In this document: piece by piece, positions 36,867 to 45,404 of the stretch | Layout of the letters: each line of letters opens with the position of its first letter | How positions within the stretch are numbered: position 1 is the stretch's first letter | Source: an uncultured virus (IMG/VR IMGVR_UViG_3300006217_000037) | Lineage: Duplodnaviria; Heunggongvirae; Uroviricota; Caudoviricetes | Virus record (IMG/VR): IMGVR_UViG_3300006217_000037 | Length of the DNA: 64,000 nt | Direction: 5' to 3' (one strand) | The notes under the pieces: generated by a model | What the model was told of the DNA's origin: nothing | Seen by the model: the letters and a program-made list of their open reading frames with translations, nothing else | Database searches by the model: none | Translations under genes and position numbers: made by a program

Positions 36867-36906
36867 AAGAAAAGCCTTGTAACCGTTGCGGCACAAGGCT
36901 TTTCTT
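36867..36906. terminator. Bidirectional terminator-like hairpin 3' of tRNA fragment
   Basis: AAGAAAAGCCTTGT...ACAAGGCTTTTCTT, 14-bp stem. Confidence 0.7.
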
Positions 36907-36950
36907 GGAGCTGCTACCCAGATTTGAACTGGGGACCTCATCCTTACCAA
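36906..36950 (-). other. att core: 3' half of tRNA-Thr(GGT)
   Basis: TTGGTAA GGATG AGGTC CCCAG TTCAAAT CTGGG TAGCAGC TCCA; no D-arm or 5' acceptor strand upstream. Confidence 0.9.
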
Positions 36951-37054
36951 CTGTCTTAGCCATGTTTGGTGTATTTTAGTGAACCTCTGTAATCCTTGTG
37001 TAGCAAGGGTTTCAGGGTTTTTATTTTTTGTGTACCTTCTTCAATTTTGCCAGT

Positions 37055-37087
37055 TTTAGCGTCCATAGACGCTAAATGGACGCTAGA
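37055..37087. repeat. Integrase arm-type sites (right arm)
   Basis: Inverted TTTAGCGTCCA, then TAGACGCTAAA and TGGACGCTAGA. Confidence 0.75.
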
Positions 37088-37436
37088 ATCAGGGCCGTTC
37101 CCATCTCCAGAAACAGCCCTGAAAAAGTCCATCGAATATTATGCTGACGCCCAACAGTGAACCGCGGGTGAAAACCCGAACCGGCGCCCCCCGCTCCAAG
37201 GGAGAAGATTGACCTCCCTTCTTGACTCCGGATGTGAAGGCGTCCAGGGATTTTTTATACCCTTTTCAAATTCCCAACCGATTGCGAATTTCAAGGCCCG
37301 GGATATTCCCCGGCTAACAGAGTAAGGCAGAAAATCAAGGTGAAATAACAGGGGCATTTGCAAGGTGGAAAGGGTAATTACACTCCCCCGCCGTGGCGGC
37401 TCTTCTAGGGCCGTTTCTGGCCCGTATAGGCGGCAT

Positions 37437-37480
37437 GAAGAAAAGCCCCCGTCACGCTGATTGGCGCAACGGGGGCTATC
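37437..37480 (-). terminator. Terminator of prophage B late/lysis operon
   Basis: AGCCCCCGT...ACGGGGGCT followed by TTTCTTC on minus strand. Confidence 0.75.
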
Positions 37481-37481
37481 A

Positions 37482-37817
37482 TCATATCGGAGGGCTGTTC
37501 TCACTTTCCTGCCCAAAGTGGGCTGCCTTTGCCGCCTCATAGGTGATGCCGCCCCGCTTGTGGTCGGACTTGGCCATACTGAGGTAGTTGGAGCAGACCA
37601 CTCCATGGGCGGTCCAGGGCAGCCCCACCATGGCGGTGAGCCAGGGCAGAGCCCCACCGTAGCCGGTGCGGATACAGTAGGCGGCCAGCAGCAGCCCGCC
37701 CACTGTCACCACCCAGAGCAGGGCCCGGATATCGGCAATCAGTTGCTTGGAGTACTCAGCCTGCTTCCGGCGCCTCCTGCGTCCCCGGGGACGTCTCCCT
37801 TCAAGCTCGATCCTCAT
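37482..37817 (-). CDS. Membrane protein of lysis cassette
   Basis: 111 aa, basic N-terminus, two hydrophobic segments. Confidence 0.65.
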   Translation of the reverse strand: MRIELEGRRPRGRRRRRKQAEYSKQLIADIRALLWVVTVGGLLLAAYCIRTGYGGALPWLTAMVGLPWTAHGVVCSNYLSMAKSDHKRGGITYEAAKAAHFGQESENSPPI

Positions 37818-38587
37818 GCCAGATTAAACTTTCGGGCGAAAGCGTAGAGCAGTTGAGCCGCCTGCTCCCGGGTCAGAAGATCTTCCCACATGTAGTTGGG
37901 CTGGCCGTCCGGGCCAGGGTCGCCGCCGGCGAAGATGCCCTGCTCCACCACAAAACGCCGGGCCTCCTCACTCCAGCCGCCGCAGTCGTTGTCCCGCAGT
38001 TCCTGACGATGCTGCTGCATGGCAGCGGCAAACATCTGATTAAACTTATTCTGATCCATGTCCTCATCTCCTCTGTTGTAATTCCTGGCGTCAACAATCC
38101 AATACTGCCTGACCTCTTTCTTGAATGTGGCGGGGTCCCCGTTGAGCCGCTTGTCCTTTGTGCTGGCGGAGTCGTTGATCCTCACCTTGTCGTCCCAGTC
38201 CCACACCACGATGTAGTGTCCGCCCTTGGTCCACGTCCCAGGGCCCATCAGGGCGATGGCGTACCAGCCCTCACCGAGGGCTTTCTTGACCTTCTCGTGG
38301 TCCTTACCCACGTTCTGCTGGCAGCGGATGCCGTAGGCGGCAAACTGAGGAACAAAGTAGGCCCAGGCGGTGCCCTGATTGACGTACTTATACCCGTGGT
38401 CCATGGACCACTGTGCGCACTCCACCGGGGTAATCTTAGGGTCCACCAGGGTGGCCAGCAGCATAGCCGCCGAGGTGGGCCCGCAGCCGCTGGTGCCGAT
38501 GGTGCCGTTCTCCTTTCCCTTCACGGCGTAGGGGACGGACTTCCAGCGCTTGTCCGTCTGAAGGTAGCTGACCGGCCGCTTATTCAT
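37814..38587 (-). CDS. Endolysin, C39-like peptidase with C-terminal cell-wall-binding segment
   Basis: YLQTDKRW, SGCGPTS, GHYIV, INDS; TREQAAQLLY tail. Confidence 0.8.
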   Translation of the reverse strand: MNKRPVSYLQTDKRWKSVPYAVKGKENGTIGTSGCGPTSAAMLLATLVDPKITPVECAQWSMDHGYKYVNQGTAWAYFVPQFAAYGIRCQQNVGKDHEKVKKALGEGWYAIALMGPGTWTKGGHYIVVWDWDDKVRINDSASTKDKRLNGDPATFKKEVRQYWIVDARNYNRGDEDMDQNKFNQMFAAAMQQHRQELRDNDCGGWSEEARRFVVEQGIFAGGDPGPDGQPNYMWEDLLTREQAAQLLYAFARKFNLA

Positions 38588-38837
38588 CCCGCACCGTCCC
38601 CGCTGCCTTCTGGACATCCTCTGCGGCCTTTCTGGCGGCCGCCTCATCCACCTTGCCCTCGGTGATGATGTAGGCCACCACCGAGGCCACAGACACCACA
38701 GCGCCGGCCACGTTGGCCATGGTGCCCTCGTCCAGCCCGAACACCATAGCCAGGCCAGTGACGATCCCCGCCGCTGCCGCCCACAGCTTCCGGGAGCTCA
38801 GTTTGCGTTTCCAATCAATTTTTGTCATTTGTAACAT
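38580..38837 (-). CDS. Holin
   Basis: DWKRKLSSRKLW, two TM helices, YIITEGKVD. Confidence 0.8.
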   Translation of the reverse strand: MLQMTKIDWKRKLSSRKLWAAAAGIVTGLAMVFGLDEGTMANVAGAVVSVASVVAYIITEGKVDEAAARKAAEDVQKAAGTVRDE

Positions 38838-38905
38838 CCTTTCTTATGTCCATTTTACAAAAACGGCCATTTTTGTGAATTGCTGTTTCTCAGCGCTCCA
38901 GGCCT

Positions 38906-39148
38906 CTACGCAGTCGCCGCCTTTTCCAGGTCCTCAATGCGGTGGTTGGCCACCTTGATTTTCTCCTCTTGGAGCTCGGTGCGCTCCTCCAGCTTGTACA
39001 CCCGGTCAATAACCTGGTTGTGAACATCCACCTTCTTCTCCAACTGCTCCAGCCGGTACTGGGTCAGCTTGGAGGAGGTCAGAATACCGACCAGGGAACC
39101 GACAGCAGACCCCGCAAGACTAATCAGCGCCACAACAATGCCCTCCAT
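38906..39148 (-). CDS. Holin-like membrane protein
   Basis: N-terminal TM, YRLEQLEKKVDVHN, KVANHRIEDLE. Confidence 0.7.
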   Translation of the reverse strand: MEGIVVALISLAGSAVGSLVGILTSSKLTQYRLEQLEKKVDVHNQVIDRVYKLEERTELQEEKIKVANHRIEDLEKAATA

Positions 39149-39263
39149 GCCCGTCACCCCCTTTCTGTGGCATATAGAAAGACGGGGGCATTTCTGCACC
39201 TCGCCTTGCTTCACGTTCTCGGTTTGCCCCCGATCAGTCTGGCTATGGCCCCACCGTAGATGC

Positions 39264-40802
39264 CTACAGGATCATTACCCGCACATGGGTGTCATCCAGC
39301 CGGGCCATGATGCGGTACTTGGTCCGTTCGGGGCTGGCGGTGGCCACACCGCCCACGCCTACCGTAGCCCAGCCGTTGACCTGGCAGGTACCGTCATCCA
39401 CGGCCACCAGCTTCCCCAGCAGGCCCACAGCACCCCACTCCGGGCGTTGGGTGCGGGGCTGGTATGGCTCTGATTGGTTGTATTCCGGGTTGACCACAGG
39501 GGCCGGAACTCGGAAGGCGGGGCGGATTTCTACTGTCTCCATCTGCCCGTCCTCACCGGGAACTTCCATTGTCTCCGCCGGGAAGTCCTGCTCCTTAACG
39601 ATGGTCCGGCCGAACACGTCCCGCAGGTACATCCCGGCCCACTGGTCGTCGTAGACGTCGCCCACCACCGAGGGGGACGCCGATACAATCCCCAGAATGT
39701 AGTCGTCCGCCGGGGTCGCAATGCGGATGTATTCTCCATCCAGTGTCACAAACAGCCCCGCCCGGTCCTCGGCGTCCGGGTTGCCGTCCTGCCACTCGAA
39801 AAGTTCGGCGTAGTCGGCACCGCTAGTATTCCACGAACCAGATCCATAGCAATTACCATTATAATTGACACGAAAGGCGTTTTTTGGGGTGCTCCATCCG
39901 CCTCCAACTATAAAACGGTCTTTATCTACATCCCCTGGCTTTTCAACATTATAAGTCCCTACGACATATTGATAGTCATTAGCAATGGTGTTCTTCCCTG
40001 CTGCATGTGAATTGTATCCATTTGCAGTAGTGCCTCTACCCTCTGCATGCGTACAAGATCCATTTGCAGTAGTTTCTTCGCCTTCTGCATGTGAACAACT
40101 TCCGCTAGCAGTAGTGTTTTTACCTTCTGCATGTGATCCATATTGTCCACTTGCGGTAGTTCTGTAGCCTTCTGCATGTGAAGCTTGTTCCCTTGCGGTA
40201 GTTTCTTGGCCTTCTGCATGCGCGGCGAGCGAGGTTGCTTTAGTGTCATATCCCTCCGCATGTGATCCATATTGTCCACTTGCGGTAGTTCTGTAGCCTT
40301 CTGCATGTGAAGAAGCATATGTGCCACTTGCAGTAGTTCTTTGGCCCTCTGCATGAGCATACGGACCACTTGCTACATTCCCTTGTGCAGGGGCTCCATT
40401 TTCATCAAAAGTTCTTGGGCGATAGTCGTTGAATACTTCCGCGCCCTCACCTGCTGTGACAGTATGCCCCTGTGTAGGCTCCACCGTCTGTCCAGCCATA
40501 GAACGGCCTACGTCAGGTTCCTGCGCCACGGCGTGTCCCTCTTCGTCAAAGCCCACTATTTGCCCCTGGGTACCAGAGAGTTTGTCCTGCTTATCCTCCA
40601 AGTCACTCTGGAACTGGGTTTGCCTTTCTCCCAACTGATTCGCCGCCCGCTGGGCGTCGTTGACCTGCTGCATGAGGTAGTTGTAGCCGTGCTGTTCTGT
40701 CAGCCCCGCGTCCGCCCCCTCGGGGGCGACAATCTGGTTGTCCTGCCAGTCCTCTGGTAGATCAGCGGGCAGGGGCGACAGCAAAGGTCTGTTGGCAGCC
40801 AT
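39264..40802 (-). CDS. Tail fibre/appendage with SHAEG repeats and C-terminal G2-type autocleaving chaperone
   Basis: Tandem ASG..SHAEG repeats; GADYAELFEW, VGLLGKL..DDGTC. Confidence 0.8.
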   Translation of the reverse strand: MAANRPLLSPLPADLPEDWQDNQIVAPEGADAGLTEQHGYNYLMQQVNDAQRAANQLGERQTQFQSDLEDKQDKLSGTQGQIVGFDEEGHAVAQEPDVGRSMAGQTVEPTQGHTVTAGEGAEVFNDYRPRTFDENGAPAQGNVASGPYAHAEGQRTTASGTYASSHAEGYRTTASGQYGSHAEGYDTKATSLAAHAEGQETTAREQASHAEGYRTTASGQYGSHAEGKNTTASGSCSHAEGEETTANGSCTHAEGRGTTANGYNSHAAGKNTIANDYQYVVGTYNVEKPGDVDKDRFIVGGGWSTPKNAFRVNYNGNCYGSGSWNTSGADYAELFEWQDGNPDAEDRAGLFVTLDGEYIRIATPADDYILGIVSASPSVVGDVYDDQWAGMYLRDVFGRTIVKEQDFPAETMEVPGEDGQMETVEIRPAFRVPAPVVNPEYNQSEPYQPRTQRPEWGAVGLLGKLVAVDDGTCQVNGWATVGVGGVATASPERTKYRIMARLDDTHVRVMIL

Positions 40803-40803
40803 A

Positions 40804-41688
40804 TCAGGTTCCCTCCTTTACAGTAAAGCGGTGGCGGAAGGCCACCTTATCCTCATTGATGGGCACATAGACCGCGCTGGAAGCCAGTACCGCCCCAGCG
40901 GCGTCCAGCAGTTCGATCAAGGTGACTTCCTGGACTTGGGCCTTGAGTACGGTGTACCCTACCATGCCTACATTTTCAGAGCTGGAATGGGACAGGGTGC
41001 TGATAAGCAGCGTCCCATTGATGCGGACAGCCTGGACATCATCCGCCACAAAGGCGGCGGTCTGATTCAGAAACGCAGGCTGAATACTGGGCTGTGTGGC
41101 CATCTTGATAATCTCCTCCTTATCCTGGCTGCGGAAGGGCAGTTGACCCAAAGCCCAGCTGCCCAAACGGTAGTTGTATCTGCCCTGGGTAAGGGCAATC
41201 TCCTCCGACAAAAGGAGAGCGGCTGACACCCGGGGACGGCTGATGTAGACGATGTGGCAGGGCTTGACTATGTCCATGGTGGCGGACAGCTCCGAGAAGT
41301 ACTGCTGATCCTCCACCGCCGCCTCGATGTACAGGGTGTAGTTGGGATAGTCCATCTCCACCTCCCAGTTGCCGGGGCCAAAAAGGGCGTCCAGCCGCTG
41401 ATAGAGGTAGGTGAGGGTAAAGGGCGGCCGCATGGACAGTCGGTTCAGCACCCGGTCCCGGCGGAAATCCAGAGACTCCACCGCCGGGGTGGCCACGATG
41501 CGAAAAATGGACTCCCACTCCGCGGTAGCCCCATCATCCATGGTCTGGACATACAGGTTTTGCCGCACCTGGTCCATCGCCTCGGCCATCACCCGCAGCT
41601 CCTCCCCCTCTGTCTGGCACAGGGCCTGGAAGTCCAGGATTCTTCGGAACCACTCCGGCCAATATTGGCAGATATCGGTCTCAGGCAC
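40804..41688 (-). CDS. Baseplate protein (XkdU/DUF2313-like)
   Basis: EWESIF, ESLDFRRDRV, KPCH; follows baseplate J. Confidence 0.75.
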   Translation of the reverse strand: MPETDICQYWPEWFRRILDFQALCQTEGEELRVMAEAMDQVRQNLYVQTMDDGATAEWESIFRIVATPAVESLDFRRDRVLNRLSMRPPFTLTYLYQRLDALFGPGNWEVEMDYPNYTLYIEAAVEDQQYFSELSATMDIVKPCHIVYISRPRVSAALLLSEEIALTQGRYNYRLGSWALGQLPFRSQDKEEIIKMATQPSIQPAFLNQTAAFVADDVQAVRINGTLLISTLSHSSSENVGMVGYTVLKAQVQEVTLIELLDAAGAVLASSAVYVPINEDKVAFRHRFTVKEGT

Positions 41689-42799
41689 CAGTCAACACCA
41701 CCGTTCCAAAAACCGGCACTTGCTGGGTCTGCCCGGTCTCCGTCAGCTCCAGGTCCGCTGCGCCTCCGTTGAGGGTCACTCCCGTGGCGTTGACCACGCC
41801 GGGCACCTGGAGGATGGCCGCTGTCAGCCGTGCCACGTAGACCCAGCTGGAGTAGTCGGTAAGTCCTGCGGGTGTAGGGGTGTCCCAGGCCTGGCGGACG
41901 GAGAGGAGGTAGGCGCTGATGGCCTGCTCCACCTGGTTCTGGAGCTGGCTAAGCACATAGCCGGCTCCCACGGCCAATGTGGCTGTCACATTAATGGGGA
42001 CGGCCTCCGGCGTAGTGACGGTGACCTGAGCCCCAATGGGAGCTGTTCCATAGCCGATTCCCTGATTCGGGGGCGGGTCCACCGTATTCTGTACCGTCTC
42101 CACCAGCTGGGCAGAGGCCGGCATCCAGTCAGAGCCCAGGACGGACAGTTTTACTGTCCCTCCGCCGTTCCAGGTGGGGTAGACCTGCACACCGCCCACA
42201 CCATCAATGGCCAGCACCACCCGCTTGTAATCGGCCACATTCCCCCCAAAGGGGCGCTCCCGCAGGGCGGAGATAGTCCGTCCCCGTAGAGATTCGTCGG
42301 TCTCCTCGTCGTCACCCGCCACCAGGATATCGGTAATTTGGGCGGAGTTCAGCCCGGGAATGGTGGTGATGGGCAGGATGGGGCCAGTATACTGGTTTCC
42401 GATGACGCCGGGTACCTCGCAGGTGAGCTGGCAGCGGCCGGGCCCCAGCTGGGCGGTGACCGCAAAGTTGACGCTGTCCCCGCCGTCGATGGTGGAGAAG
42501 CGGGCCCCGATAGGAATGGTGTCCAAGTTGAACACCCCCAGCCGCACCGCCGGAGAGGCCGGGTAACGCTCCACATTGGCGATGACGGCCAGATTCTCCA
42601 GGTCGTGTCCCACGGCAGTCTGGATGAAGCCACCCCGCTGCACCTTGTCCAAGTCCAGATAGAATTCCTCCAGGGCATAGGCCCCCGCCCCCAGGGCCGT
42701 CTGGATCATGGATCCTTCCCGCTTGTCCAGGGAGTTGGGCACACGGGCCAGCATGGTGTTGACCAGGGCCCGGTAGGTCTTGGTATCAAAATCAATCAA
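41681..42799 (-). CDS. Baseplate J-like protein (XkdT)
   Basis: DKREGS, GDDEETDESLR, GGNVADY, WNGGGTV. Confidence 0.9.
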   Translation of the reverse strand: MIDFDTKTYRALVNTMLARVPNSLDKREGSMIQTALGAGAYALEEFYLDLDKVQRGGFIQTAVGHDLENLAVIANVERYPASPAVRLGVFNLDTIPIGARFSTIDGGDSVNFAVTAQLGPGRCQLTCEVPGVIGNQYTGPILPITTIPGLNSAQITDILVAGDDEETDESLRGRTISALRERPFGGNVADYKRVVLAIDGVGGVQVYPTWNGGGTVKLSVLGSDWMPASAQLVETVQNTVDPPPNQGIGYGTAPIGAQVTVTTPEAVPINVTATLAVGAGYVLSQLQNQVEQAISAYLLSVRQAWDTPTPAGLTDYSSWVYVARLTAAILQVPGVVNATGVTLNGGAADLELTETGQTQQVPVFGTVVLTGA

Positions 42800-43206
42800 C
42801 TGAGCGTCACCTCCACAGTGGTTGGGACGGGGCCGAACACGGTGTTGACGGTCACCTCGGCCGTCAGTGTGGTATCCCGGAAGGTGTAGGAGAAGTCCGT
42901 AATCCCCAGGATGCGGTTATCGGGCAGGAAGGCGTCGGACAGCCGGCGCTGGAGCTCAGAGGCCACGTAGCCCGGATCGCTGCCCAGCAGCCCCTCCAGG
43001 TCGGTCCCGAAGTTTGGGGTATATATCTGCCAGTGGAACCGCTCCACACTGACAATGACCTCTACCGCCTGGCAGACGGCCTGGTAGTTGTCCCCTCTGC
43101 CCCGGAGCCGGTGGGTCACCGGGTCCGCGATCCAAGTAAGGGAGGGCTGATCCTGGAAGGTGATGCCTTTGGAAAAATCAATATCAGCCTGCGGAAGCGT
43201 CGCCAT
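42796..43206 (-). CDS. Baseplate protein (XkdS/DUF2634-like)
   Basis: ERFHWQIYTPNFG, DNRI, TVFG. Confidence 0.8.
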   Translation of the reverse strand: MATLPQADIDFSKGITFQDQPSLTWIADPVTHRLRGRGDNYQAVCQAVEVIVSVERFHWQIYTPNFGTDLEGLLGSDPGYVASELQRRLSDAFLPDNRILGITDFSYTFRDTTLTAEVTVNTVFGPVPTTVEVTLS

Positions 43207-43678
43207 TGGAGGTCCCCCTTTCAAAAATGCGCGATAAAATGATAAATTGCTGTCCCCGCATACAGCGCAGCAGGAGTACCTTGTCCCCGGCGGCAAGTCC
43301 GCGGTTCAGGATAATGCAGCCATTTTCTACCGGCAAAGGCTTTCCATCCTCATAGCAAACGATGTCTTTAAGTTGTTGGTCTGTGAGGTAAGCATCGGGG
43401 GTCAAACCGTCGCTGGTGTCATAGTCTTTATCCGTAATTCTGACGCTGTGATTGTGACGAAGGCCGCTGGTAGTGTGTTCGTGGGCAAGGACCGGGATTT
43501 TTTTCTCAATGACCGCCGCCGTGAGGTGGAGCACCTCCTGAGGCAGGGGGGCCATGGACTCTCGAAGGGTGACCTCCAGTGGGTCCACCTTTGTGACGGT
43601 GCCGATAGCCAGGTCGGACAGGCCATAGGCGTCCATGCTGCTCTGGTTGATCTGCTGCAAAACTTCAATCAGGTCCAC
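43184..43678 (-). CDS. Baseplate spike-like protein (XkdR/DUF2577)
   Basis: GTVTKVDPL, LAAGDKVLLLR..GQQFIIL. Confidence 0.8.
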   Translation of the reverse strand: MDLIEVLQQINQSSMDAYGLSDLAIGTVTKVDPLEVTLRESMAPLPQEVLHLTAAVIEKKIPVLAHEHTTSGLRHNHSVRITDKDYDTSDGLTPDAYLTDQQLKDIVCYEDGKPLPVENGCIILNRGLAAGDKVLLLRCMRGQQFIILSRIFERGTSNGDASAG

Positions 43679-44655
43679 TACGTCACCTCCCCCAGCTCAC
43701 GCACCTCAAAGTCCATTGTGTGTAGTTCGCTCTGGTAAGTATGGGTCACCTTTTCCAACAGGACCAGCTGATTCAGGTTGATGTCCCCCAAGTAGGGCAC
43801 ATCCATCATCAGCATCTGTCCGGCGCGAAGCCCGGCCAGGCCCAGCGCGGACACCTTCAGCGTCCTCCAGCGGCGGTTGTGGTACTCCAGCATGGATTTT
43901 GCCTGAGCGGCCACCTGGGCGTCGTTGAGCGCCTCGTCCACCGTCTCATACAGCTGAAGCAGGCCCCATCTGGCTACATTGCTGCTGTCCATAGCCTGGA
44001 AAACATCTCCCCGGCCGGTGGTCTCGTTGGGGCGCACTAGCTTGATAGAGTTGTAGGTCTGTTCGTCGATGTCCGTCTTGTAGGTGTAGTCCAGCAGCAG
44101 GGAGCCGGTACCCACCATCCCAGTGGCCACCATGGCCCCCGCCTCACGAAGGGACAGAGACCCGCCGTCGTCGAAGAAGGTGTACAGCTTACCGGTGGCC
44201 AGCAGAGTCTTCTGGATAGCGGTGGAGATGATGTCCAGGCAGCTCTTTTCCTCCATAATGAGCGTGGGAATAGCATAGCCGGTGTCGTCCAGCGTCCCCA
44301 CGGTAAGCTGAAAGTCCTGGGCAATCTCCTGGATGATCTGCCCGACGGTGCGGGCCACAAAGCAGTAGCTGGCGCTGGCCTTCAGGTAACGCAGCTGGTC
44401 ATAGCAGGTGACGTCGATCACAGAGTACCGGTCCCTGGATTTGGTGAATACCCAGCCCAGGAAGACCAACTGGCCGTCTACAGAGAAACGGATGGAGTCT
44501 CCCTCCACAAAGGAGATGCCAGAAGCGTTGACAGTAAATTTTAGTGTCCCGGGGGCACCGGTGCGGTTGGTGGTGTAGGTCACCTTCTGCACCTGAGGAG
44601 CGATGTCCCAGCTTTTCCCGGTTCCCTTTTCCAGCAAGATCAATTCATAGGTCAT
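43678..44655 (-). CDS. Baseplate hub (XkdQ-like)
   Basis: CYDQLRYLK, TYNSIKL, WGLLQ, HTMDF. Confidence 0.85.
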   Translation of the reverse strand: MTYELILLEKGTGKSWDIAPQVQKVTYTTNRTGAPGTLKFTVNASGISFVEGDSIRFSVDGQLVFLGWVFTKSRDRYSVIDVTCYDQLRYLKASASYCFVARTVGQIIQEIAQDFQLTVGTLDDTGYAIPTLIMEEKSCLDIISTAIQKTLLATGKLYTFFDDGGSLSLREAGAMVATGMVGTGSLLLDYTYKTDIDEQTYNSIKLVRPNETTGRGDVFQAMDSSNVARWGLLQLYETVDEALNDAQVAAQAKSMLEYHNRRWRTLKVSALGLAGLRAGQMLMMDVPYLGDINLNQLVLLEKVTHTYQSELHTMDFEVRELGEVT

Positions 44656-45392
44656 ACACCCACCACCTGAATTTGAGACTCCTTTACCCAGCCTCGGGCA
44701 CCTCCAGATTTGGTTGTAATGTGGTACGGATATGCCCGATTGGGATCGGTGGTGACGATCCGGGATATTTTGCCCTGAAATCCGGAAAAGGTTCCGTGGG
44801 GCTCTGCACCCCAGCTGGAATAGTAGTAATTGCCGTTGACCACGACCTCCTGGCCCACTGTAAGCTGGCTGCTGGGGATGGACCGGGTGGGTTCCGCAGT
44901 AGCCACCACCGGCTGGGAAGGCTCCGGCTGCTGGAGCGTGACTGTTTTGGCGGAATAGTCCCGATACTCGCTGAGAGCCAGGTCGTAGTAGAAATCCCCG
45001 GTCTCACCGCCTCTCTCCTCCGTATGGAAGGAGGTGACCAGCACCTCCATGTTGGTATCAAAGATGGCGGCGCCATCCTCTGTGTACCGGTTGGCCACAA
45101 AGCGAAGCACTGCCTTCTCATCCATAGCCTTCTGGAGAAAGTCAATATAGAATTTTGGCGGCTGAAATCCGTTGGCGGTGAGAACCGCCCCCAAGTCCTC
45201 CCGGCCGGGCAGAAGCCCGGACCAGGAAACCGTTCGGAGCTTAGGGGTGCGGGGCACCATAATAGGCCCCACGCCCAGGACGTTATACTCACTGTTGTCG
45301 CCGTCCTTGGTGATCTTGTAAGATTCAGGGTTAACCGGAAAGCGGACCGTGGTTCCGTCTCGAGAGAGATACAGGCCATACTTATTTTCCAT
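44652..45392 (-). CDS. XkdP-like tail protein
   Basis: FPVNPE, GDFYYDLALSEYR, C-terminal PYHI..GWV. Confidence 0.75.
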   Translation of the reverse strand: MENKYGLYLSRDGTTVRFPVNPESYKITKDGDNSEYNVLGVGPIMVPRTPKLRTVSWSGLLPGREDLGAVLTANGFQPPKFYIDFLQKAMDEKAVLRFVANRYTEDGAAIFDTNMEVLVTSFHTEERGGETGDFYYDLALSEYRDYSAKTVTLQQPEPSQPVVATAEPTRSIPSSQLTVGQEVVVNGNYYYSSWGAEPHGTFSGFQGKISRIVTTDPNRAYPYHITTKSGGARGWVKESQIQVVGV

Positions 45393-45404
45393 ATGGACCT
45401 CCTC

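Larger units (their letters stand above)
1..36950 (-). mobile_element. Prophage A, siphovirus-like temperate phage (left end outside window)
   Basis: Ordered tail-head-terminase-replication-immunity-integrase modules; no sheath gene; ends at tRNA-Thr att core next to integrase. Confidence 0.93.

Noticed and set aside
36906..36950. Functional tRNA-Thr gene
   Set aside because: Only anticodon loop to CCA is present; the 5' half is missing
38826..38837. Holin dual-start motif (M-L-Q-M)
   Set aside because: No basic residue between the starts as in lambda S; support too weak
39180..39240. c-di-GMP-I riboswitch-like GGGCAAACC segment before holin
   Set aside because: Lacks the GAAA tetraloop and GCAAAGC elements; better explained as a simple hairpin
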